The notes beneath the pieces were generated by a model. That model ran no database searches. It was given only the letters and a program-made list of their open reading frames with translations, and was not told the origin of the DNA. From Balanoglossus misakiensis (lineage: Eukaryota > Animalia > Hemichordata): a stretch of 64,000 bases of DNA. The DNA is taken from the NCBI GenBank assembly GCA_040954595.2, contig CM082577.2, forward strand, positions 11,689,654 through 11,753,653. The letters run 5' to 3'. Positions 23,984-37,999 of this stretch are shown here, one piece after another. Positions within the stretch are counted from its first letter, which is position 1; every line of letters starts with the position of its first letter. Position numbers and translations under genes: made by a program.

Positions 23984-26280
23984 GTAGGTTTATATATTTA
24001 CGAGACGCGTAAGCCGGGTTCGTGCGATTTAACCGTCTGTCGTTGACAGATTTCCGGGCCGATTTTTTTCTCCGGCGACGATCGCAGGAAGTAGCCAGTT
24101 TCCAGACTGTGTTCCTGCATTGCTAATACATGTATACCAATAACACAATATAATCGCCGCAACAACAATAATAATCGCGCAGTGGACATCCGCAAACCGA
24201 ATATATCGCCGGTGTCGTTGCTTTAGAAACAATAATGCTGAACTGTGAGCTCTACCCACGTGAATCATTATATTACATATCGTCGAATTTATTCTAACGC
24301 TGTTTGAGAAACCGGCGATCGGTCTCAAATTTTGTGCTCTCCATATGTTACCTCTATCGCCTATCATGTTCATAAACAATGCCTCCATGATTACACAAAG
24401 GGTTTCACGGCAACCCCTTTCCTCAAACGATTACGATAACAAACATATGGAGATAGCTCCCTTTCAGAAACAAATAGGGGAAACAAAAAAAAATGCGAAA
24501 TTTTAAGGGATTGGGGTAAACGTAATTGCCGATATAAAATATTAATTTTTAATATATTAAAAATGAAAATTAATACATCAGGTTGTTCACACTCATCTTG
24601 GATTTCATAAGTGCCTTTATGGGCCACATCAGTACAGTCACCATGAATATTTATTGGATGTGAACAGCATGCAGCTTCTAACCTGCTTAAATAAGAAAAC
24701 TGAATAAAATTTACTAAAAATAAACAAAATGTTCCCAACTTAAAAATAAAATTGTCCATTAAAATGGCATGCGCATATAAGAAGATTTAGCCATTTTTTA
24801 TTTCATTCTGGATATTATTCATGCAGTGATCAGTTGCTATTTTGCAAAGCAGGGATGTGTGCGCTGCAGGTTTAAAAATGATAGCCAGTCATTGAGCACC
24901 GTACCTAGGGGTCAACAGGGGCACGTTGTTGAAAGGTTGTCAGGGTTATTTGTAAAAGGTGAATTATGTCCAACCACCTCAAAGTAACCCACATACTGGG
25001 CGCTTTCATATGGACTTGTTAAGGCTTTGTTTGAAGTGGGCCATTTTATTGTCAAGCACAGCCAGTAAACAGTTAGTCAAAAGAGTAGACCTCAGGTGCA
25101 GGTCCAAAGACAGTGCATTGTTTCATTTAAATAATTTATGGTGGCATAATTAGGTGGTTTTATTATCTTATTAGTGTATATATACTGTGGGGGCGGGTCT
25201 GTGTGAGTCTACAAGTGAGCCAGGTATTACTCCTCCTGAAGATTACACTGTGTTCTGCCAGAGTTCATTACATGTAATTCCAATTTAGAACTATTAGTCG
25301 CTGTGCTTTGTCAGGTGAAAAGAAAAAGAAAGAGAGCTTTGATTCTGCACAATAGACGGAGAAACTCCTTTTTTGAGGGGATTTGTTTGTCGAAGAGATT
25401 ACATAAGGAATATGTTGTGATCCAGTCATGGCTGTGGAGGTGTGTTCCTTGGACTGTGATTGCAGTTGGCCGGTAGTCGTATCTAGCCGTACGTATTTTG
25501 AAAAACATGTACAGCTAGATAATACTAGACTAAGTATCAAGTGAATGGCTCCATAATAGAATTGGCCAAGTAACAAAACAACAAGTGTATAGACTTTGCC
25601 ATTTTTACTGCCACAAAGGTTAAGAATTGAAGAGCGCCATAATAGACTGCCGTCTTTTGGACTCTGGTGTTTTTATTTGACGACCCGAACAATGGCAGAT
25701 TGACACGCCAAAAAGGTGTGATTACTACACTATACAATTCCTATTATGTCCTTTCCAGCCCAGGTGATTGTGCGGTGTACGACGGCACATTCATTTGCAG
25801 GTTGATTTTGTTGTCCCCTTCCTTGTCCGACACGGAATTTTATGACTTCTGCCCACCCAGCTATAAGGCCAAACAGATCCCTCGTTTATGTAAACAATCT
25901 GAACATTCTGTCATCCAGAGCAGCTTATGTCTCAAGCAAGTCCTGACATATTGAATCGGCGCTTTGGATAAGAAACAATTCAACATAATACCCGGTGACT
26001 TAAAAGCTGAAAGGTGACCCCAATTCTATGTTGGGTTGGCTTGAAATATACACCGGCTCAGCCGACAACTGACAGCGCCCATTTCAGCTTTTAAAAATCG
26101 CTGATATAGTTTTCAGGGTGTTACTTTTACAACTAAACACTCAGCGGCGGACAATGCGATATCTTTGCAAGGACAAGCCTCCACACAGACAGGTACATGT
26201 AATACAAACAGCAATTAGTGTCAGGGTAGGGACACTGTGACCCTTTTGATACAGCAGATCTGATGTCAGCTACCACGACT

Positions 26281-26301
26281 GACCGACCGACCGACCGACC
26301 G
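26281..26301. repeat. (GACC)5 microsatellite
   Basis: gaccgaccgaccgaccgaccg. Confidence 0.85.
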
Positions 26302-27948
26302 CTGTCTTCTGTTCATGCATGCACAAAACCTCATTAAAAAAATAAATATAATCCAAATGCAGATCATGCACAGGTAATTCCAGCATTGATGATTATCGTA
26401 TTGTCTGTCAAGGTCCCTCTTGAATAATGCATTCTTTTATTCATTCCTTTCATTCTCCGAATTCAAAATAAAGACAGCCTGCAGGGGTGTGTGTGTGTGC
26501 AGATAGCAAGTCTTGGCAACCCAGCCTCAATGTGGAAGGCATTACTAGTATAGAGCAGTCTTATAAAACAACCCAGAACAAGATGGCTGATGTTTCACTG
26601 GTGTGAATGTTGGCAGGTGATTGAACACACGGGGGGGAAAAATATCTGGTCTCAAATTTCGGGGGCAAGTTGTTAATGTCGTCTTGTTTAGTCTGCGCGG
26701 AAAACCTTGACACCAAGAACGCGTTGTAAATTTTTATTCTTATGTAATCTGGGCTGTTGAAGTAAAGAGCACATTTAACTGAATATAAACAGATCACCAG
26801 TTTGTGTCTGAAAATTGAATCTCCACTGCAATACAATTATACATGACAGGTTCAACATAAACGGACGGATGTGAAAAACATGCCAATCAGAAGACAATTT
26901 GCAAGCTTTGGCGCAGTCTGTCAGTTTGGGGGACACCGTTAATCACCAGTCGATCAGTTGTAAATTCAAGTTAATTTCAGTTAGCCTTGCGCGGAAATCT
27001 GCAGACTGACTTGCCGCTTTTATAGAGCACCATGCTTGGGCAAGTTCAGAAGTCTTAATCAACTTGTCAGGCATCTGCAAAATGTACACGTCAAATTCTA
27101 AATGACCAATTAAATTTAGGGGAAGTAGCAGGTGCTGCATAACTGTTCGTTGCTCGCATAAAATAAAACGCATTGCAGAGTGCTCCTAACACATGTCCAC
27201 ATTTCCCCTCCCTTCTCAACTTGCTTTTTTAAAAAGTCAACAGAGAGGCATGTCATTGACTTTGAACTCTGTGTGTTTGCTCATGTAAGTCTATCTTGGT
27301 ATGTGTGCACACAGGTACACAATAGAGCAGACAGGTACATGTTTTAAACAATAATATTGATATGACACTTAGGAGTGGTTGCATGTACATGTAGCTATGC
27401 TCTGGCTCCAGGGCAGTCATTCTGCGCAATCCCATAAACAAACAGGATCATACGAACATACTGTATCTGTGACATTACCGGTTTTACAAAAATACATAAA
27501 AAAGCGTTTAAAAAATCGAACCACATGTGATTGTTTGTGGCTGTGAGTTTACAATATGGTGGGGGTGCATACTACATGTACTGTAACTGTGAGATTACTG
27601 AGAAGGGTGTTATTGTTCTCCTTGTTGACACTTGATAAGCTATCAGAAATGTTGGCCAGCATGTGACCTGTAGAGTTCATCATGGCTACTGTCAAGTGAC
27701 TGCCAATAATGAAGTGGGTAGACAGTCACCCTGCATGTCTACAGCTTAGCTCTGTTCTTTATCTGGGTTACCAGTCATTAAAGAGCAACCAGTAGAACCT
27801 CCACAATAATACATAGAGTTAGAATATTCACCTTGTAATTATTAGCATGGTAATTTATTATGCGTAGTACATACATGTATAGCCAATAAGATACACGTAC
27901 TGTCTATGATGCAGTGGTTTACGCTTATAGTTATACATGTTTGCATTA

Positions 27949-28148
27949 CTGTAAAACAGGTTATTTTCACGACGGGAAATTTTCGCGATATCAAAAGAGG
28001 CAACCGTTATATGAAATTATTTTGGCGTTCTCGAATTTCACTAACTGAATCGTTATCTCCGAAAAACATTTTACGCGACTTTTCACGTTATTTGGCGCTC
28101 GCGTATTTTGCGAAAATTTATTGCTTGCAAAAATAACCCGTTTTACAG
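27949..28148. mobile_element. 200-bp TA-flanked MITE
   Basis: TA|ctgtaaaacaggttatttt ... aaaataacccgttttacag|TA. Confidence 0.85.
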
Positions 28149-31100
28149 TATCTGCCAGTACAGTGAACTCTTTGAAAAAAAACCCTAGTTGACTGGCGTG
28201 GTCTCACAGCATATGTCAGTGACTGTGATAACCGCAAACAGATGTTCTGCTGAAGTAATAACTCCCAGAACAGGAATTTGAGCCACAGACAGCCAAGTCA
28301 GGATAATATAATAAAAATATTATGAAATAATATTTTCATTAGGAAAGCAGGTTTTCACCATGATTAATACAAAATGTATGGCTACAATTATGCCAAATGA
28401 CCTTTACCGAATGGGCCATAATTCTGTTTTAGTAGTTGTATGCCGATGTCAAGGTCATTTTGTGCATGTCACATTCTTGCATTTAAAACCATAGTAATTA
28501 TAATACACACAAAATATATGTCATCATTGGCCTGCATTAATGTCAACTTGTACTTGTAGTGTGCAGAAAGGTTTGGTTAGAATTAATCTGAAATTTCTAT
28601 TTCAGAAATTCAGTCCAAAATAATGTCAGGTCACTGCATTTATTGATTTAACCTAAAATTAGACCAGACAGAAATCCAAACAAATATATTTATGTGGTGG
28701 GTAATACTGCATGGCTGCAGGTGGTTCATTGCAACAAACTGTCACCAAGTCAGATTTCACACAGAAATGGTCGTCGGGTAGTGCAGGCAATGTTTTCTAA
28801 GTGGACATTGATCATTTGGGTTAAAAAACAGCCACCTACACTTGCCTGCTTTTTTTGCCATAGAACTATTTTGAGAATTTTAGTCTTGCCTGGTCTTTTC
28901 GTAACTCGTAAATTCATGCTTCTCAGTGTAATTCATTGCTCCATATGGTAACATCTGTCTACAGTCCATCATGTAACACGCACTTCGCTTGTTGGGTGCT
29001 TGGCACTCTAGGTTACATGCTGGTAATGAAACAAGGGGTGCTATTCGTTTCAAATTTCATTTTGAAATTATCAACAAGAGGGTAATGACAATGTACAGAC
29101 CTGTGGCAGTGCAGTATGCAGCCACAGTGCATTTTAACATGACTGCACAAATATGAGAGACCCATAAACTATAAAAGTGGCATCTACATACATGTACCAT
29201 TATCATCATTCCCAATGAAATCAGTCGCAACACATGTGCTGAATTTCTCATAAAACTTGTAGAATACAGTACGCTGTGTGGTTAAACATTTACAGAAAAA
29301 AACTGTGGAGTGCTTTTGTGTCTTCCGCAGGAAATGGTGAATTTTTTTTAACTATATGTGCATATAGTAATAAAGTTGACAGTGACATCCAGAAAACTGT
29401 GCAGTGTGAATTTACTCTGCCCTACATACATGTATAGTAATAATACTCTTATTCTCAGACTATATAATATGTAGGACTACATGTACAGTACCCTGTACGT
29501 GATGGGTTATATCACTCATATTAGGGTAGATTTCTGTTTAAGTATTTGGAGAATTAAAGGGCAGGAAAAATTCTATCCGTACATGTTGCAATTTTTATCA
29601 GGATGGTGAGAGTTGTCGTTGACATGTAGTGATGCTAAAAGTCACTCCAGTAAGGAATACATAATTTAATAATAATTATTTATTTATTTATAACGCTTCT
29701 AAATCCAAAGAATAATATGATCAGAGCTGCTAGATAAAATACACATAACAAAATGGCATTAAAATCCTAAAATTGTGTATGGCTATGAATGGTAGAAATG
29801 GAATAAAAATTGCTAAGTTTAACCCCTACAAATGTTAGCATATCTTCTGACATATTTACAAAATATATTACATGTGTATTTATTATTGGTAAACAAAATT
29901 TAACTTCCCTGTTTCTGATAAAAACTAAAAAAGTACCACAAAAATATTTTGATTGCCCCAATAAAAGCATTGATATAAGGAATGATTTATGGAAAGATAT
30001 TTCAAATTCAATATTATAATTTTACCTGAGATACATGTAATTTTGGTCACATACTACAGTAGATGCATATTTTCCAGCATGAGTATAGTTGTAAATTTAT
30101 TGACTAATTTATTGCTTGCTAATGCTAATATAAATGATGATTTAAAACAGTCAGTTAACATTTGACAGTCAACATACATTACATGATCGTGCATGTATAC
30201 ATGTAGGGTCAATGACATTGTGTACCTCACATTTCATATCATCAATATTAGTGGTCCATAGACACAGTGCATCATACATTGTATGTTTATTTGTATTGTC
30301 AGAACAGTGACACATGAATTAAAACTGTGCCTGCAAAAGGCAGTTTCATTAAGAATTTCAAAATTTATAGAATGCTTGTACAATGCTGTATATACAGTGT
30401 GTATGGTGATAATTTTAAAAATTGACCCCAAATACAATCTTCTTTTAGAATCTGAAATTTACAACTTAGCTTTAAAAAATCTAAAGGGTCGTTCATTATT
30501 TTATTCGTAATTTTGGTACATGTGTGTAGCTTTTTAATTTTCTTCGTAAAAATCTTGATGGATTTGTTTTTTCTCCTGTTGATTTTGCACATGAATGTAC
30601 ATCAGCCATGAGATGTGGCGTGGATTTTGGCCTTTCTTGATTCAAAATGCTTCTGGCTAGCGTCGGCTGTGTATCGCACTGCAGACGTTACGTCAGGGGC
30701 TCAGGCCATATGAGCATCAACTCTGCTGGAAACAAGACCGATCAGGATCAACAGACTCCCACAAGATTACGCGAAGGGAGTTCTCCGATTTCAGTGGCTT
30801 TCCTTTCCTTGAAACAGGAAACGATCGCTGCGCAGGAGACTTGGAGAAAAAAGGCAGGCGTTAAACTTAAACATCAAGTGAAAAGAAAAATGCCCAAATC
30901 TGCCCAGACATGTTGCAGTGATGCTTGTACCTGTCCGATCGTGAACCAGTGATAGTAATCCGTGCTGTCCCCCGATTGGTCCAAATCATCCTTCTGGTGT
31001 AATCAAACGATTATTAGCCGCTATTTACTCAGATGCGGGGAGAACAATAAGCAGCTGTGTGTGTGTTTTCTTTATTTGCTTTTGCCGCTGATGGCAGGTT

Positions 31101-32217
31101 GCGTAACAAGAATATGTTTTCTCTGAGTGAGTGAGTCCGTTGCCTGGAATTAAAAGCAACCCATTGTCTTTATCTAATTTGTCATTGAATCTACCTGCTT
31201 GCCTCTGTGCAACTGTACAGGTTTGGATTTCAACAAGTGTAGGTTGACCTTTTCCATCCATCTCTGCTCGCCACCATCTTGAAGTCATCAGCCATGCTCT
31301 CTCCCCCAGATTGTGACACATTCGCTTGAATGCGTCACTTCCTGGCAGAAAAGTGGCCAGTCTTCTCATTATTTATCTCTCTCAGAACTACATCGTTCTG
31401 ACAATACGAAATGTCAATGTAAAAGTCATTCTCATAAATTGACAAAGAGGTCATTTCAGCTGCCGTATGTTTATCGCTACACTTTGCATCCATCGGACCG
31501 AGTCCGAGTATGTACACTCAAGAACAGCCCTCAGCATTTCTTTTCTTCCAGACTTGACCCAATCGGCTCATCTTAGTATCTCCGGTTTCACAGCTAAAAT
31601 TCAATTTCTCAGAAGACCTTTACCAGCCTGGCAGGGGTCATTGCCTCCTGACCTTCGGGGCAATACGACAAAGCTTTCTAGCTTTGTGTGTGGGCTCTGT
31701 GTTTAGTTTAGACTCATTTTGTGAATCCCTTTTCGTCTGAACCGTTTCAATGGTAACATATTTGACGCAACACATGGTTTGAATTAATTTGACTTAAATA
31801 CTGAATTCAGACGTAGCTGTGCATTTTTTTCTTCTTCTAACAATAACATTGCAGGCAAACAAATGAGAGTGAATATATACAGGATTTTGATTTTTTTTTT
31901 GCAAACACAGTGACCGTGGTTGCAGTTAATACCATACATGTATTAACTGTGAATTATAATAAATACACACATGTATAAAAAACAGTTTCATGACCTTGTG
32001 ACGTTTGTTCCAACCTCTGACACAAAGCAAATGTCAGTCGCATATGTAACCAATTGGGGAAGCCATACAAAAACTCGCTTGTAATGATATAGTCTACACG
32101 TAGAGCTTGTCTTCGTCTAAATTTAACAAAACATGCATAAATTCAAGGATAATGGAAGCTGGTTGCTCATCCTGTTGTGAGGGACATGTCTTTTTAAAGC
32201 AGAAGTTGGTTGTGATT

Positions 32218-32296
32218 TAGTCTAGTATCCAGACTGGTGTTTTTTTTTCACTATGTGTGGAACATAAAAAAAAAACTGAGTCTGGATTCTAGACTA
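32218..32296. mobile_element. Hairpin MITE, TAGTCTAG family
   Basis: tagtctagtatccagact ... agtctggattctagacta; decayed 9-bp TSD (gttgtgatt vs gtcatgatg). Confidence 0.75.
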
Positions 32297-32299
32297 GTC

Positions 32300-32378
32300 T
32301 AGCCTGGTATCCATACCAAGTGTGTTTTAGATAGACTCACTATTAAAACACACTGGGTATGGCATGGATACCAGGCTA
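32300..32378. mobile_element. Hairpin MITE, TAGCCTGG family, inserted at the end of the previous element
   Basis: agactagtc|tagcctggtatccat ... atggataccaggcta|agactagtc, a perfect 9-bp TSD. Confidence 0.85.
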
Positions 32379-35339
32379 AGACTAGTCATGATGTAAAATC
32401 AAGGGCTCTGGATGAAATATATGCTTTCAAGACGCGCAGAAATATTTGTGGTGTTGATGTACCCAGACAGGTGCACTGAGAGAAGTGACCATTGGGTGTA
32501 AGGTGTACGACCGGTGATTTATCAACTGCTCTGACAGGTCGCAGCAGTTACTTTGAGTAGCCGTAAAGGTGTCATGAAAACCCTCTTTGATGTTTAATGA
32601 CAGGTCGTTTCCACCCCTAATGGATGGGCGCTGCTGGGGGAAATTAGCAGCTCAAAATAATCATATGGGTTTTAATGGCGTCTTGTGTGTGTGTGTGCCA
32701 ATACTTCAGTTTTTTTTTTACAATCATTTGCTTTGAATGCCCATTGTTGCCGTCTTAGGAGTCACCTAGGCTTTGCTGGCTCAGTAACAACTATTTGGTG
32801 TCGTGTGCCTGCAGTGCTGGGACAATTAATGCAGTGTGTATTGCTGGGTGTAAAAGACAACTGCCATTCATTGTTGTGCGAGTCTGACCTCTGAGAAAGT
32901 GGTGAATGGCTGTGATGATGTAAATCAGGAAGAGGCCATACCTCGATGCTACTGTAGTGTCACTGTGGTCGACAGTCCCTGCCACCAACACCTGGCCCCA
33001 AATCTCCTCACTTTCTCATGAATTTGGGATCAAAAAGCTCAGAAATAATGCATTGACTGATTCAAGACTGTGGCTGTAAGTGTTTCTGGTGACTATAATC
33101 TAAAATTCATGACAAGACGAAAAAAAAAAAGCGTTTCTTGGTTCCGAGTAAAAATATTTGACTTAAAATAATATTGAAACTACATGTAGTCTGTTTGAAA
33201 GTGAAGGGTGATTTTTTCCTTGGTAAATGTTTTAGTTTGCTTGTCAACCTTAGATACATGGTCAGTGCAAAGATCATTCACTTTAGTTACAAAAACATTG
33301 ATTTTACACTAATTTACAGGTATACTACATGTACATGTGTTATACAGGTACATTGTAAATACCCCTTTAATCGTACACTCTGCCAGTCAGCTTGTTCTTG
33401 ATGTTGTGAGTTGTTCTTTTCTACCTTTGCATAGAGCCATATGTATGTCCAGTTGTGTCTATTATTGTAGTTGATTATCATGCAGTGATCAGAAATGATC
33501 GTGTGGAGTATCATTGGACATTGACGTGTACAATTCTCATTGAGTCAACAACTCAGAGCCACAGCGTACGGCTAATAATAGCTCAGCTTTAAAAAAAAAC
33601 ATATTTTAAATCGTCAAGCTGATGAGAGAAAGGCATATTTCATTCTTCACGACGAACGAGGTATGGGTGAAAAAAAGTTCTCAGAAAAAGTTGTACATGT
33701 ATTTGGCAAATCACAAAAATTGTCATTGTTGATTGTTCTTGAATCATACAGAATTTTGTCTCTTTTAATATTGGAGGTTCTTCTATGCTATTCAGTTGCA
33801 GCTATATTTTGTCAGCTGTGCAGATAGCCAGTCCTGTTGCGAGTTGCCAAATGCCAGGGGTCTGACCTCTGACCCGAGTCTGTTTGTTTACCCCTTGGGA
33901 ACTGGTACTTTTTAAAGGTCAGGTGACTATACAGAAAATGGATAATTAAACTACCTAATGAATTTTTGCAAAATCGTGGCAAAGTTCCATATTTTACTAT
34001 AGTATATAATGTAATTGATAAAAAAATCGTATCCATCTTAGTTGTGGGGCAGAAAACATTTATATTTGCATTAATTGTTGACCTCAGACCTGTCAAATGT
34101 CAGGTCAGTGTACATATATACCATAATTGTGTTCATTACATTACAAAACTGAATGAAAAATTAAAAAGAACATTGCCAAGATTTTATTCTAATTCATTGT
34201 GAGAAATCCGTTTCAAACTCAGAAATTATATTATTAGTAAACTGAAGATGTAAGAAAATGTGTAGTCTGCAATTTAACCTGTGGTGATTTTCATGCAGAG
34301 CCTGGAAATCAGCAACATGTAGAGAATATTACAGTTACTTGAGAACTGCCACTGCAGGAAATTATGAATAATCTGACTTAAATGTAATCTTAGAAAGCTC
34401 AGTAGGGAACATGCAAAATACTGCGTGGAAAGAAATTAATGCCAGAATTTATGTCGAGTCTTTGAGGTGTCAAGTCAAAACACCCGCGGGAGAACATTGG
34501 CAAAATTATGATTTAATACAGATCAACCTCGAGGATGATAAACGCAATATGGAATTGTGACCCATTTAGAGAGAAAGAAATCTGACAGGAACAGAAAACA
34601 TCTATCTCGGCATTCTGACTATTAGTGGTGAGGTCTTCAAAGCCTAGCACTGCAGCCCGAACAGGTGACAGCAGCCATTGATAGATGTGATAATGGCTGC
34701 GCTGGACTCATTCGCTCGAAAGTAGAGAGCTTTTATGAATATTGCATGAATTTTTAATACAGTAATTTCACTTAATGTCGTGACATGCAGTGGCCTGTTT
34801 GGAGTGCGGTGAAGCAAGAAGGAGATCTTCCTATATTAGCTTTTAGGAATGACCTCTCAGGTTGTTGGGAGACATCTTAGAGCGATGAGACAGAGAGTCT
34901 CAGCTCTGTAACCCCTTTTCTCTTGCTTTTTACAATTTGTAAGCATCAGATTGCTGTGAGTGTGAGTGAGTATGTTAGTGTAGTATCTAGTCGTGTTTTG
35001 TCCACTTTGCTCCAAAACTAAGTGTACGTGTATGATGAGTTTTATGTTGTATTTGAAGAAGTCTGTCTGTCCACATGGCATCTCACATTACGTTCCACTC
35101 TCTGAGCACAACCCTTTTCTTCTTTCGAAGATAAACAACACTTACAATACATGTAAATTACACTTTAGGAGAGTTTAACAGTCTGCCAGCGGTATTTTTA
35201 AACAATGTCAAGATTTTATCAACCAGTATTACTACAGGTCTATTAAGAATCAAGTCCGAATAGTGCTGCGTCTTTATTTCAAAACTGTGGATACCCACTT
35301 TCTGAAGATGCATTTGACTTCAATGATCTCAGTAGAGTA

Positions 35340-35428
35340 TAGTCTAGAATCCAGACTCATGTGTGTTTTTTGCTATATGCCATGTGTGGAGCATAGCCAA
35401 AAAACACAGGAGTCTGGATTCTAGACTA
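35340..35428. mobile_element. Hairpin MITE, TAGTCTAG family
   Basis: tagtctagaatccagactc ... gagtctggattctagacta, with flanks gtagagta / ttagagta. Confidence 0.85.
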
Positions 35429-37923
35429 TTAGAGTACAACTCTGCTAACTACTACTATTAGAGTACAACTCTGCTAACTACATACATGTACAAGTTTGTA
35501 TATGGATGGACCCCAAAGTGTGACTTTCTACTGGTAGCTTCTGGGTATGCTGTGAAAAAAACATGCAGTTCTCAGCAATACATTGCATACGCGGATACGA
35601 GGTCCCGAAGTTAGCATTCTCGATCATCAAACTGGAATTTACTTTCCAAGCAGTTATGTTGAGGAAACATGTAGTGCTTTCCAAGGTACACTCAGGAATT
35701 TTAAATGCAATTAAGTCCTAACGGCCACCTTTTTAATTGTCTCCTCTCCTGGGAATGTTGGGAGAACAGGTAGTGTACAGTGTATCAGGTATGTACAGTT
35801 GAATGTGAGATAGCAAGTGTCTTGGAGAAAATATATTGATCTTTTCTCAATAAGTTGCTGTAGAAGAGATTTTGGATTAGGACTTGAAAAGTTATCAATA
35901 TTAATAATAGAAATCAGAAATATCAACTGACTTCAAAATTTTCAGATTTGTATAAAATATATTTATTTACACCTTATGAATTGCAGTATAGCAATCTGCT
36001 TAACCCCATAAAGGTCATGTCACCTGAGTGTAAACTGTTGTTAGATTTTTTTTCTGCTTGTGAAATTCTATCAGTTTTTACTTGTCGGGTAGAAGATTAC
36101 ACTGGGGGCAAAGTGTGTTAGACATCCAACAAAACAGGTGTATGAATAATTGTGGTGATTGCCTGGGATGAGCTCAGAGCAAAAAGCAAATATTTGAATA
36201 ATTCAATCTCTGGTATTTATATTGTACTGGAAACACAAGATTCTAACAAATTGAAAATGGAGGAACAGTGATAGGGTGGGTGTTTCTGTCCAAGGAGAGC
36301 AGCTGGCTTACAATCAGGGGGGAAGCCATTAGCTTAGGTCTTATCCCAAACGTACACAGTTAATGGTAATCCTGTCTGCAGATTATTTTGTCCTGAGCTT
36401 TGTTTTGGTATTTATTTTTCTGTTTATGAAATTATTTTGCCTGTGGCCAGCTTTTGATTTGAAATTGGGGCACACCTCACTGGAAAGAGACATTTAGCAT
36501 GAAGGTTATATGGCTGACACAGTTTGTTTATTTGGGTTGGCATAGAACGGTTTTGTCACAGATGGCATTCCGTCTGTGATTAGGTGATGGAGATAATCTT
36601 CTTATCAAGCCAACAAGCTAAAAAACCTGATATTTAGAGCTCTTTGACATGGGTGGGTAAGTTTATACTCTTTTGCAGATGTTAATTTACATGTAGAGAC
36701 GCGGCTATTTGCTGTGATCCGAATCTGAGGTCACAGTGCACAACAAGAATACATAGCAAACTGTTCTTGCAAGACAAAACGACATGCACTGTTAGGCTGT
36801 CAAATTTGAAAATTCCAAATCAACACTGATAATTTTGAGACTGTTTGGTTATTTTTAGTAGAGTAAGGCATGCAAGCATGAATAAGTGCTACTAAATACA
36901 CCAAACAGTGTACGTTTTGTAAGATTCATCAGTATTTGTATTACACCACTGTGGTAGTACGGGTAGTGTAGATAGAGCAATGCATGATGGTCCTGATTCC
37001 ACATATGCAAATTACTGCATATATATATCAAATTATATCTTTACTGGCAGGGCTGTATTTTCATGTTGGGCTCTGGAAACAATATCACTTCCCAAAATAT
37101 CATTGATGCAAACACACATAATGGTGATATTTAGAAATACCAACCATCCCTTTCAGAACAGAAAAAAAGTAATGGTTTTTAGAGTCAGTTTTCACAATAT
37201 ATTTTGTGTCTTCACATTTCTAACATTTATTCTTGGATTACAAATTAAAAACCTTCAAAATTCAACAAGTGCAGACTACAGTACAACATTCCCCCTAACA
37301 AAAAATATTTTTTTAAAAACTTCATTGATTTCAGAATTTTACAAATTTCTAATCTTTACATGTAATGATGGATTGTATGTACTTATGTGCATTGAATTGT
37401 AAAACATTTGTTTCAAAAGACAATTTTTGTATCAGCAGCCATGCAAGCATGTTTGCTGAGAGGGCATAGTACTTCCAAATACATTTTAATCATGCTATCA
37501 AAATACAAGATGAACTTTCTGTATGACAATGGTGACGAGTATGGTCATAAAACATGATTAAAATCAAGCTGAGTAGGTTTGATGGTGATAACACATTGCG
37601 AAAATAATGAAAGTAATTAGTTCAAAGAGCATCTCTGCTTTTGTTGACAGAATCCGAGATACCTAATTACATTTTCTAATTTCTGTGAAGTATTGCATTC
37701 AGATATGCATGATACAACAGGTGGTGTTGTGGATTTTAATTATGAAAGCTAATTAATGAAATTGGCTTTTTAGAAATATAAGTACATGTATATATGTATG
37801 CAGATTAGGTTGGCCCTGAATATATTATCCTTGGTCTTTCCAGCATCACTATATAGGGACTATATCAAGGATGAAATTTTCTCAGAGTACTGTGAATTGG
37901 GCTGTTCTTTTAATAGTTTGATA

Positions 37924-37999
37924 CACCATGGTTTGGTCCAAATCCATTGTTTTCTATGGTAAGGTTGGACCTCTGAAGTTGAAACTGGGGGTGAAAGGG
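37924..37999. mobile_element. Truncated copy of the about 90-bp piggyBac-like MITE
   Basis: ccattgttttctatggtaag...actgggggtgaaaggg is shared with 43502-43587. Confidence 0.55.
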
